This document shows, one piece after another, positions 56,318 to 64,000 of a DNA stretch of 64,000 nucleotides. Each line of letters opens with the position of its first letter. Positions within the stretch are counted from its first letter, which is position 1. The position numbers were made by a program, and so were the translations under genes. The stretch comes from Sphingomicrobium sp. (GTDB taxonomy: Bacteria; Pseudomonadota; Alphaproteobacteria; Sphingomonadales; Sphingomonadaceae), in the NCBI GenBank assembly GCA_039915925.1, contig JBDSMG010000073.1, forward strand, positions 14,902 to 78,901. The letters run 5' to 3'. The notes under the pieces are model-generated. The model had not been told where the DNA came from. It saw only the letters and a list, made by a program, of their open reading frames with translations, and ran no database searches.

Positions 56318-57363
56318 CCGCGTTCGCCCCGCGAGAAGAACGTCGGGCGGTGCGCCGGCGTCCCGCGCGTCTTGGTCCGGACGGACGCGAGCATGTCGGA
56401 CGAGGTCATGAAAAGCGTGTGCCCGTCGGGTCCGCCGAACGTCACGTTGGCGGTCGCCTTGCCTGTCGAGATGCGGCCGAGCTCCTTTCCCGAAGGCGCG
56501 AAGACGTGCACTCCGCCCGGACCGGTCGCGAAGATGTTGCCGTGCTGGTCGACGGTCATCCCGTCAGGCAGGCCAGGCAGACCTTGTGCGACCAGCTTCG
56601 TCATGTCCGAGAAGACGCGGGCTCGCGACACCGTGGCGCCGTTGACGTCATACGCCATGATGATCGCGCGCTTCGGGTCGGACACCGCAACATAGAGGGT
56701 CTTTCCGTCCGGCGAGAGCGCAAGGCCGTTGGGGAAGGTGAGGTCCGGAACAGCCAAGCTGATGCTGCCGTCGGGGGCGAGACGATAGACGCCGTTGACC
56801 GGCTGCTCCTTCAGCGGAGAGTCGTTGATGCCTTCGAGGCCGTAAGGCGGATCGGTGAACCAGATTGCGCCGTCCGCAGTGACCACAACGTCGTTCGGCG
56901 AGTTGAACCTTTTGCCGTTGAACCGGTCCGCGAGAATGCGCTTGGCCTTGGTCGCGAGATTGATGGCGACGACGGCGCGGCTGCCATGATCGGCCGCAAG
57001 GATCTCGCCCGAACCTCCCGGTTTCAGTCCATTGGTGCCTGGCTCGCGGAACCCGGGTTTCGCTGGCCCATTGCCCCCTGCAGGCTCCATCCACACCGAG
57101 AAACCGTCGCGTGCGCTCCATTTGTGGATCCTGTTGCCTGGGACGTCGCTCAGCAGCACATATTGCCCGTCGGCGATCCAAACCGGTCCCTCCGACCATT
57201 GCATGCCGCCGCCGAGCTTCTGGATCGGCGCATGTGCGTCGATCAGCCGGTCGAGCGCAGGCGCGGTTCGCACGATCTGGCTTCCCGGGATCGTGGTCAC
57301 AATCGGTGCTGCTCCGGTGAGTGAAAGGAGGAGGGCGGCGGCGAGGATGCGGGTGCTTTTCAT
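56314..57363 (-). CDS. Exported SMP-30/gluconolactonase family protein ending GERG
   Basis: Signal peptide; WSEGPVW, FNSPND, WFTDPPYGL, PNGLALSPD, LPDGMTVD; ends ...RPTFFSRGERG. Confidence 0.9.
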   Translation of the reverse strand: MKSTRILAAALLLSLTGAAPIVTTIPGSQIVRTAPALDRLIDAHAPIQKLGGGMQWSEGPVWIADGQYVLLSDVPGNRIHKWSARDGFSVWMEPAGGNGPAKPGFREPGTNGLKPGGSGEILAADHGSRAVVAINLATKAKRILADRFNGKRFNSPNDVVVTADGAIWFTDPPYGLEGINDSPLKEQPVNGVYRLAPDGSISLAVPDLTFPNGLALSPDGKTLYVAVSDPKRAIIMAYDVNGATVSRARVFSDMTKLVAQGLPGLPDGMTVDQHGNIFATGPGGVHVFAPSGKELGRISTGKATANVTFGGPDGHTLFMTSSDMLASVRTKTRGTPAHRPTFFSRGERG

Positions 57364-57402
57364 AGGCCGCGGAGAGTTGCCGCATTCGCCGCCAAGAGCA
57401 AG

Positions 57403-58008
57403 TCAGCTGTTCGTCGTAAGACGCTTCAGCTTGTCGAGTGCTGCTGAATCCGCTTCGTCGGGAGCGATGGTCGATTGGAAATCGCCATGCCGATCGAACA
57501 AGAGCACGGTCGCCGTGTGGTCCACCGTGTAGGCGCCGTTCTCGCCCGGATGCTTCTCGGAGAAGATGCCGAACTTTTTATTCACCTGCGCAATCTGCTG
57601 CGGACTTCCCGTAAGGCCGATCACGGGTGAACCGAACAGATCCACATAATTGCGCATCTCGGTCGGGCCGTCGCGCTCCGGATCGACCGTCACGAAAAGG
57701 ATCGCGAACGGCTGCTTGCCTGCGAGTTGCTGCCGCAGCCGGACGAGGCGGGCGAGGGTGGTCGGGCAGACGTCCGGGCAATGGGTGAAGCCGAAGAAAA
57801 TCGCATATGGTCGGCCGGCGAGGCTGCGGCTGTCGAACGGCAGTGCGTCCGTACCGACTAGCGTGAACGGCCCGCTCAGCTTGATCGCGGACGCCTGTTC
57901 TTGGTCCGGGAGTGGCTGCGAAAGCCGCTCGCGAAAGAGCAGCAATGCACCCGCGGCGATCAGCACCAGCGCGACCAAGATCCAAAGAACGAGCCTGAGG
58001 CGTTTCAC
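57403..58008 (-). CDS. SCO1/SenC copper chaperone
   Basis: N-terminal TM helix, FFGFTHCPDVCPTTL, VDPERD, YTVDHT. Confidence 0.93.
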   Translation of the reverse strand: MKRLRLVLWILVALVLIAAGALLLFRERLSQPLPDQEQASAIKLSGPFTLVGTDALPFDSRSLAGRPYAIFFGFTHCPDVCPTTLARLVRLRQQLAGKQPFAILFVTVDPERDGPTEMRNYVDLFGSPVIGLTGSPQQIAQVNKKFGIFSEKHPGENGAYTVDHTATVLLFDRHGDFQSTIAPDEADSAALDKLKRLTTNS

Positions 58009-58466
58009 AGCTTAGTGCCATGCGCGTGGCTGGACGCGTTCGCTTCGCCGACCTGGACTTGCACCTGCTGCTCGGGCGATTTCTCGAACCGAAGCGTGAT
58101 CAGGAAGCTCGTTCCGGCCCGGAGTGGTGCACGAAGGCCCTCAAGCATGATGTGCGTGCCGTTTGGTTTCAGTTCGACGGTCGAATGCGGCGCAACGTCA
58201 AGCCCGCCGTCGAGCGAGCGCATCCGCATAACACCGCCCTCCATTGACGATTCGTGAAGCGAGGCCCGCGCGCCGTCGCCAGTGTGTACGGACAGCAGTC
58301 GATCGCTCGCCGCGCCGCGATTTACGATGTTCAGGTAGACCACGGCCGCCTGTTCGCGCGCTGCCGTCGGGCGGCTCCATGCCTTGTCGGCGCCGACATC
58401 TGGCTCGGACGGCGGGCTGCAGGAGGCGGCGAGAATCAGCAGAAGGAGAGAGGCTCGGCACTTCAT
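58005..58466 (-). CDS. Copper chaperone PCu(A)C, lipoprotein
   Basis: From ATG 58466: LAASC; SLHESSM..VMRM, LKPNGTHIML; GTGA overlap with SCO. Confidence 0.88.
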   Translation of the reverse strand: MKCRASLLLLILAASCSPPSEPDVGADKAWSRPTAAREQAAVVYLNIVNRGAASDRLLSVHTGDGARASLHESSMEGGVMRMRSLDGGLDVAPHSTVELKPNGTHIMLEGLRAPLRAGTSFLITLRFEKSPEQQVQVQVGEANASSHAHGTKL

Positions 58467-58477
58467 GCGGCGCCGAT

Positions 58478-58518
58478 AAAAGAAAAACCCCGGACGAGCC
58501 ATGGTCTCGTCCGGGGTT
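58478..58518 (-). terminator. Rho-independent terminator after the beta-barrel gene
   Basis: AACCCCGGACGAG-ccatggt-CTCGTCCGGGGTT 13 bp stem, followed by TTTCTTTT on the minus strand. Confidence 0.85.
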
Positions 58519-58549
58519 AGTTTTCACTCCCTTGTGAGGAGTAGCTGTT

Positions 58550-59422
58550 TTATCCGCGCTCAGGCGCCGGCGGCGGCGGCGGCGGCGGCGGAGGCGGAAC
58601 CGGGCACGCATCCGTTGCCAGGATCACCGAGCCGTCCGGGCACGTCTGCGTCGCAGGAGGCGGCGGAGGCGGCGGGGGCGGAGGCGGCGGCGGAGGCGGA
58701 GGAGGAGGCGGCGGCGGAGCGAAGTTGTAGATCAAGCTCGCCAGCAAGCTGTGCGACTTGAAGTTCGTCCGATAGTCGAAGCCGTGGCCCATCACGTCGT
58801 TCTTGAGCGTGCCGGCGGAGAAGTAGCGATACTTCACGCCTGCATCGAGAGTCGGCGTGATGGCGGTGCGGACGCCGGCGATTATCTGCCACGCGAGGCG
58901 ATCAGTATCACGCAGGTGGTAAGCCGAGTCACCGATCTGATCGACGGTCTGGCTGACCCGTGCCGGACCAACGCCGCCACCAGCATAGAAGCTGGTGCCG
59001 TTTTCGTCGCCGAGATCAACCAGCGCGTTCACCATCAGACTCGTGACACTCGTGCGGCCACCGCCGTCGACGGTCACGCCTGGCCCCGTGCCTGCAGGAA
59101 ACAGACCGGCAGCCTTCGGATCGATGTTATACTCTTTGTGACGCGAGCGCTTGCGAGCGAGTTCGCCTTCCAGACGGAACATGCCGAAGTCGTACCCGGC
59201 GATGAGGTCCGCGTCGTAACCGATCTTGTGATCGATCGACAGCCAATCGCCCCAATCCGGGTAGCGCGTTGTCGCCGTCAGCGGGAAGTTGCGACGGTCG
59301 ACGTTTGAGTTCTTGGCGATCAGAGCGCCAAGCTCCGCGCCAACGTAACCGGAACCGTCGCGAGCCATTGCAGGTGAAGCAATGGCAGCGGCGGCTACGG
59401 CGGCGAGTAATAGTATTCGCAT
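58550..59422 (-). CDS. Outer-membrane beta-barrel protein (OmpA transmembrane-like) with polyproline tail ending PERG
   Basis: Signal peptide ...SPAMA; GYVGAELG, GYDFGMFRLEGEL, FYAGGGVG, LDAGVKYRYF, last strand LIYNF; then P21-ATQTCPDGSVILATDACPV-P10-APERG. Confidence 0.85.
   Translation of the reverse strand: MRILLLAAVAAAAIASPAMARDGSGYVGAELGALIAKNSNVDRRNFPLTATTRYPDWGDWLSIDHKIGYDADLIAGYDFGMFRLEGELARKRSRHKEYNIDPKAAGLFPAGTGPGVTVDGGGRTSVTSLMVNALVDLGDENGTSFYAGGGVGPARVSQTVDQIGDSAYHLRDTDRLAWQIIAGVRTAITPTLDAGVKYRYFSAGTLKNDVMGHGFDYRTNFKSHSLLASLIYNFAPPPPPPPPPPPPPPPPPPPPPATQTCPDGSVILATDACPVPPPPPPPPPPAPERG
58568..58717 (-). repeat. Two coding CCN trinucleotide runs (21 and 10 Pro codons)
   Basis: 58655-58717 and 58568-58597, mixed CCG/CCT/CCC codons counted from the sequence. 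Confidence 0.9.
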
Positions 59423-59718
59423 GTTAACCCCTTTATCTTTGCCGATGCACAGGCGGGTAAACCCAAAAGCCGCGAGTCCGATAGTTGTTCCGAGCAGTTG
59501 AAATGATCACAGCCCTTCTACTATCAAGTGCGCTTACGGTATTTACGAGGCCAGCCAGCCTCCCGCCGTTGCGCCGTCGTAATGCCCCAATCAAGCTTTG
59601 GTTTCACAACCCGCACCAAAATCGACGCGAACTGTTGTTCTCCGATGTAAAACTGCAACAGTATGGAGGCGTTACGAACCGCAATTTTCTGCGGGACGGT
59701 TCGGCCCCGAGACGATTG

Positions 59719-59734
59719 TTAATGCACGGTAAAC
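59719..59734 (+). promoter_or_regulatory. Possible CtrA box TTAA-N7-TAAAC
   Basis: One mismatch to TTAA-N7-TTAAC, ~90 nt upstream of the M23 gene. Confidence 0.35.
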
Positions 59735-59821
59735 ACAGCGTACAGGTTTGTCGAACTAGAGTGCTGCCTCGCCTGACGCCTTTATCGCGCGATAGTTTGC
59801 TGGCTGAATACGGATTGGGTC

Positions 59822-60535
59822 ATGTTGGTTCGACTGCGAAAATCTCGTCGGCGCGCAGTGCTGGTGCCTGCAGCCTGCTTAGTCTGCGCGTGGCCTGCAG
59901 AGGGCCAGGCGGTGCCGGCGCCGACGATTTTGCTTCCTGGCCCGGAAACGCTTCCGGCCGGCGACGATGAGCATTTTCGCAGCCACATGTTGTCATGGTC
60001 AGGCGCGAAGCTGGTACGCGGGCAAGTGAAGGAGGCATTCGAAACCACCCGGGCACAGCGCCTGTATATTTCATCGCCGTTCGGATGGCGGAGCGATCCT
60101 ATCAAAGGGATTCGGCGACGGCACGACGGTGTCGACCTGCCCGGCCGGTTTGGAACGCGGGTCTATGCGACCGGAGCAGGAGTGGTAACGTTAGCACGCG
60201 TTGCGGGTGGTTACGGCAATTTGGTCCAAATTGATCATAGCGATGGAGTGAGAACGCGTTACGGCCATCTTTCTCGAATTCTCGTGAGCGAAGGTATGGT
60301 GCTTCGCCCCGGAAGTCTGATCGGCGAGGTGGGCTCTACCGGGCGGTCGACTGGACCGCACTTGCATTATGAGGTGCGGGTCGACGGCAGGCCGGTCGAT
60401 CCGCTGCGTTTCATGGGTCAAACCGTGCCGCGCTACGAGACGACCTGGACTCCCGATCTGCCCGTGACGCGCAAGTGGGCGGGATGGGAAACAATCGGTA
60501 CTGTGGCAAGTTTGCCTCAGGCACGGATTCGTTAA
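59822..60535 (+). CDS. M23 family metallopeptidase
   Basis: ISSPFGWRSDP, HDGVD (HxxxD), GYGNLVQIDH, TRYGHL, STGRSTGPHLHYEV. Confidence 0.9.
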   Translation: MLVRLRKSRRRAVLVPAACLVCAWPAEGQAVPAPTILLPGPETLPAGDDEHFRSHMLSWSGAKLVRGQVKEAFETTRAQRLYISSPFGWRSDPIKGIRRRHDGVDLPGRFGTRVYATGAGVVTLARVAGGYGNLVQIDHSDGVRTRYGHLSRILVSEGMVLRPGSLIGEVGSTGRSTGPHLHYEVRVDGRPVDPLRFMGQTVPRYETTWTPDLPVTRKWAGWETIGTVASLPQARIR

Positions 60536-60772
60536 CGACTTTTGAGTAGGATCATGGCGAAACCCGAATCGGGGCATTTGGACGGAGGCTGCCAAGTTGG
60601 TGGACGTACCGAAAGTTGATTTGAATGGGGAAGTTCTTGATCGTGTCGGCGTCGTAACGTCCCGGAGGCGATTTTGAGAACGTCCATTTCAACTAGAGTC
60701 TCAGGCTTGACGCAACGGTTTCTTACCGTCAGTAGAACAGCCGATTTTTTACCATAAAGTCGAGGTAACGCC

Positions 60773-61582
60773 GTGAACGCTGCGGAACGTAACATGTTGG
60801 ATCTGCTCAAAAAAGGGCGGGACGAGCACGGCGTAGTTGCCGTCAAGGCGGAGTTCGAGGCCGAGGGCACGCGCCCGGACGAATTCCTGCGTCTCCTGGA
60901 GCTCGCGCAACGATGCGACTTGAAGGTTGCGCTGAAAATTGGCGGATGCGAGGCCGTTTCGGACCTGTTTGCATCCAAGCTTTACGGTATCGACTATATC
61001 ATCGCTCCGATGGTCGAAACCTGCTACGCGCTGTCCAAATTTGTCGACGCCAAGACCAAAACTCATGGTTCCAATGAAGAACGCACTCAGTTCTTGTTCA
61101 ACCTTGAGACTGAAACGACGCTTCGCAACCTTCATGACATCCTCCCGCTTGCGCGCTCAGGGGTCGACGGAATCGTTTTTGGTCGCGTCGACTTCACCCT
61201 TTCACGCGGGATGCCGCGTGATGCCGTGAATCACCGGTCGATCAGCGACGCGGTCCTGCAGGTTGCTCGCGCATGCGCGGAGGCGGATCTTGAACTGGTG
61301 GTCGGCGGGTCGGTATCGGCTGCGGCGATCCCGGCGCTGCGTGAGTTCCGCGCGGTGCGCCTCGACCGGTTCGAAACGCGGAAGGTAATTTTCGACGGCT
61401 CGGCTTGCACCCGCAGCTCGATCGAAGCAGGCATTGCCAATGCCGTCGACTTTGAGCTGGCGTGGCTGAAGAACAAGCGTGACTATTATGCAACCATCGC
61501 GCGCGAAGATGAGGCACGCATCCAGATGATGGAGGCGCGCATGCACAATGCGAAGCCAGCCTTGATGGCTCGCGTCGCCTGA
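60773..61582 (+). CDS. HpcH/HpaI aldolase / citrate-lyase-beta family protein
   Basis: KAEFEAEG, LKIGGCEA, IIAPMVET, FNLET, GIVFGRVDF; RBS GAGG before GTG. Confidence 0.75.
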   Translation: MNAAERNMLDLLKKGRDEHGVVAVKAEFEAEGTRPDEFLRLLELAQRCDLKVALKIGGCEAVSDLFASKLYGIDYIIAPMVETCYALSKFVDAKTKTHGSNEERTQFLFNLETETTLRNLHDILPLARSGVDGIVFGRVDFTLSRGMPRDAVNHRSISDAVLQVARACAEADLELVVGGSVSAAAIPALREFRAVRLDRFETRKVIFDGSACTRSSIEAGIANAVDFELAWLKNKRDYYATIAREDEARIQMMEARMHNAKPALMARVA

Positions 61583-61786
61583 CAGCCCGGAGTCGACTGA
61601 CAGACGGGGAGTGGTGGTTCCTTATCTAGCTCGGCCTTACACACCCCTGCTGCAGGGTTGTCCTCTGGTTTCAGTCGCCCCGGGTGCTCGCGGTCAACTC
61701 CTTGACGAATGCTATGGGCGCGTTACGGCGCTGCGATTGGCTGGGCCGGGGCTTTCATCCTGAGTGCCTGTCCGGGGAAAGTTTCA

Positions 61787-63763
61787 ATGATGAACCGTTG
61801 GTCCTTCCGATTTGTGTTTCGGACGAGTGTACCGTTACTTGCCGCGCTTGCGTTTTCCACTGCGGGGACTTCCAACGCGCAGGTCAGCGGCTACCCGCTC
61901 GATCCTTACGCCCAAGACTCCGGTACCAGGGCAAATTCGCAGTATGGAACGCGGACGACCGCCGGGCAGACGGCGCGAAACGTGGCCGATACTCAGACCT
62001 CGATCTCCGTCACCGAACCCTCCAACCCCTATGAGCCCGACCAGATCCGCGCGGACCCCGATCGCGACACGACGCAGCAGCAGCGCGCGTACGACCTCGA
62101 TGACGACACGCGCCAGCTGACTCCGGAGGAACGCGAACAGGTTCGGCAACAGCTCCGGAGCGCTGCTCGGCGTCCGGTCCAGCCAAGTGAGTTCGAGCAA
62201 TATGTCTCGAAGATCGTCAACCGGCCGCTGCGCCGCTTCGGCGCCAATCTGCTGGTTCCTGAAGCGCGTAATTTTACTTCGCCGCCGACGACGACGGTCC
62301 CGACCGACTATCGGCTCAATCCGGGCGACGAACTTCGGGTCGGGCTTACCGGCTCGGTCCAGGCCAGCAACCTTCGACTGACGATCGACTCCGAAGGCCG
62401 GATTTTCATTCCCCGTGTCGGGCCGGTCGACGTCGCCGGCGTCCGCTATGGCGACGTCCAGGCCTTGATCGCGCGTCAAGTCGCTCGTGAATATCGCAAT
62501 TTTCGAGTGGCCGTTTCGATCGGAAGGCTGCACGGCATCACGGTTTACGTGACCGGTTTTGCAGCGGTTCCGGGCTCATACACCGTCAGCAGCCTGTCGA
62601 CCTTGGTCAATGCCGTACTGACTGCAGGTGGACCGTCGGCCGGCGGCAGCTTCCGCTCGATCCAGGTCCGTCGAAACGGGCAACTCATCTCGGACTTCGA
62701 TCTCTACGACCTGCTGTTGAAGGGAGATAAGAGCGCGGATGTCATTCTTCAGAATGGGGATGTCATCTACATCGCTCCGGCCGGGCCTCAGGTGGCCGTC
62801 GTCGGCAGCGTCAACGTCGAAGCAATCTACGAGGCCCGCTCGAACGAGACGATTTACGACATGCTTCTCTACGCTGGCGGGATCAACACGGTTGCCGAAA
62901 GCGGCCGGCTTCTTCTGTTCGATTCCACGAAGCCGGGGGGCTGGCAGGAATTGGCCGCGGCCCAGGTCCAGTCGCGGCCCGCGGCGCGTGGCGAAGTCGT
63001 CCGCGTGCTCTCCGCCGTAGGGCTTGCGCAGCCGCTGTTCCGGCAGCCCGCGCTGGTTTCGGTCACCGGCGAGATCGTCAATCCGGGGCGCTATTATGTC
63101 CAGCCGGGAACTCCCGTGAGCACGGTTATTGCCCGCGCTGGTGGCCTTACTTCGCAGGCTTTCCCTTTCGGCACTGTGTTCACGCGGGAAAGCGTCCGTC
63201 AGACTCAACAGGATAGCTATGAGCGCGCGATGCGCGACGCGGAACTGTTGCTGACGACGGCGCCGCTGACTTCGTCATCCCAATCGCAGCAGCTGCAGCC
63301 CGCGAGGCTGGAGGCTGTACGCTCGGTGGTTCAGCAGTTGCGCGCGCGAAAGCCGGACGGGCGGCTCGTGCTCGACGTTCAGCCCTCCGACCGCGCATTG
63401 CCGGCCGACATGATCGTCGAGAATAACGACACCATCTACGTCCCGTCGCAGCCGGTAACGGTCGGCGTTTTCGGCGCCGTCCCGACCCCCGCTTCATTCC
63501 AGTATCGTCAGGGCCAGCGGGTCGCGGATTATCTTCGCCAGGCCGGAGGTATCCAGAAGATCGGCGACAAGTCGCAAATCTTCGTGATCCGCGCGAACGG
63601 CGTGGTCCTACCACGCCGCGACGCGCTCCGCGCGTATGCGCTTCCCGGCGATCTGATCTTCGTGCCGGTGAACGCCAATCGCGGAGAGTTCTGGGAGCAT
63701 CTACGCGACGTATCTTCTGTGATTCTGCCGACGGTCCTGACCGGGGCGGCGCTCGCAAAATGA
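61787..63763 (+). CDS. Polysaccharide export protein with SLBB repeats (KpsD/Wza-like)
   Basis: From ATG 61787: signal peptide; DYRLNPGDEL, GRIFIPRVG, repeated V.V.G.V..P SLBB units, YTVSSLSTL, LQNGDVIYI. Confidence 0.87.
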   Translation: MMNRWSFRFVFRTSVPLLAALAFSTAGTSNAQVSGYPLDPYAQDSGTRANSQYGTRTTAGQTARNVADTQTSISVTEPSNPYEPDQIRADPDRDTTQQQRAYDLDDDTRQLTPEEREQVRQQLRSAARRPVQPSEFEQYVSKIVNRPLRRFGANLLVPEARNFTSPPTTTVPTDYRLNPGDELRVGLTGSVQASNLRLTIDSEGRIFIPRVGPVDVAGVRYGDVQALIARQVAREYRNFRVAVSIGRLHGITVYVTGFAAVPGSYTVSSLSTLVNAVLTAGGPSAGGSFRSIQVRRNGQLISDFDLYDLLLKGDKSADVILQNGDVIYIAPAGPQVAVVGSVNVEAIYEARSNETIYDMLLYAGGINTVAESGRLLLFDSTKPGGWQELAAAQVQSRPAARGEVVRVLSAVGLAQPLFRQPALVSVTGEIVNPGRYYVQPGTPVSTVIARAGGLTSQAFPFGTVFTRESVRQTQQDSYERAMRDAELLLTTAPLTSSSQSQQLQPARLEAVRSVVQQLRARKPDGRLVLDVQPSDRALPADMIVENNDTIYVPSQPVTVGVFGAVPTPASFQYRQGQRVADYLRQAGGIQKIGDKSQIFVIRANGVVLPRRDALRAYALPGDLIFVPVNANRGEFWEHLRDVSSVILPTVLTGAALAK

Positions 63764-64000
63764 GGTCCGTCGAACGCGTCACGGTACTCGTCAAGAACGA
63801 TGGCTACCGCAGGCTGGCTTACGCGCTGCTTGCGCTGCTTTTCGCGCTTTTGATATTTTTCCCGCGGCCGTTCGTCTCGCGTGCCAAGATCGTGCCGCAG
63901 GATACGAGCGCAAGTGCGGCGAGCACGACAGCCCTGATCGGAGCACTCGGCGGATCGACCCAAAGCATCGGCAGCCTGCTCACCGGCGGAAGACCGTCGA
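63760..64000 (+). CDS. N-terminal part of a capsule export/chain-length protein (KpsE/Wzz-like); runs off window edge
   Basis: Hand translation MRSVERVTVLVKNDGYRRLAYALLALLFALLIFFPRPFVSRAKIVPQD...; TM helix then P..F.S.A.I.P; ATGA overlap with the export gene. Confidence 0.55.
   Translation, partial: MRSVERVTVLVKNDGYRRLAYALLALLFALLIFFPRPFVSRAKIVPQDTSASAASTTALIGALGGSTQSIGSLLTGGRPS

Noticed and set aside
57403-58466. SCO/PCu(A)C as copper supply for a glycan-oxidising enzyme
   Set aside because: No LPMO or copper oxidase in the window and no operator; the usual role in cytochrome oxidase CuA assembly suffices.
58568-58717. GGC/GGA runs as a CRISPR or non-coding microsatellite
   Set aside because: In-frame proline codons with mixed third positions; no repeat-spacer structure.
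1-64000. tRNA, rRNA, IS/transposase, integrase, prophage or CRISPR features
   Set aside because: None recognised; intergenic gaps are short and all long coding regions are otherwise explained. tRNAscan-SE, ISEScan and Infernal were not run.

Overview
High-GC alphaproteobacterial DNA, most likely Sphingomonadaceae (inferred from gene content). Positions 1 to ~57,400 form one large hemicellulose utilisation region. It encodes glycoside hydrolases (partial GH127/146, GH31, GH35, GH74, GH27, two GH5, GH10, GH67, GH9, three GH3), three candidate esterases, one TonB-dependent receptor and four inner-membrane transporters. It also encodes a LacI regulator, a ROK kinase, mannose-6-P isomerase, an exported aldose epimerase and most of an oxidative (Weimberg) xylose pathway, but no xylonate dehydratase. 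Eight copies of a LacI-type palindrome (TGDTARCGSTAHCA-like) lie upstream of most transcription units. Four tryptophan-halogenase-family genes are embedded in the region; one has lost all catalytic motifs yet is intact and coupled between two normal copies. A DUF6445-like putative Fe/2OG protein is also present. After ~57,400 come SCO/PCu(A)C copper chaperones, an outer-membrane beta-barrel with a polyproline tail, an M23 peptidase, an HpcH-type aldolase and the start of a capsule export locus. The most striking unexplained signal is that three unrelated exported proteins end in the same C-terminal tag, (P/G)ERG-stop. I saw no tRNA, rRNA, IS element or CRISPR array. All family calls come from motif recognition by eye; no database search was run.
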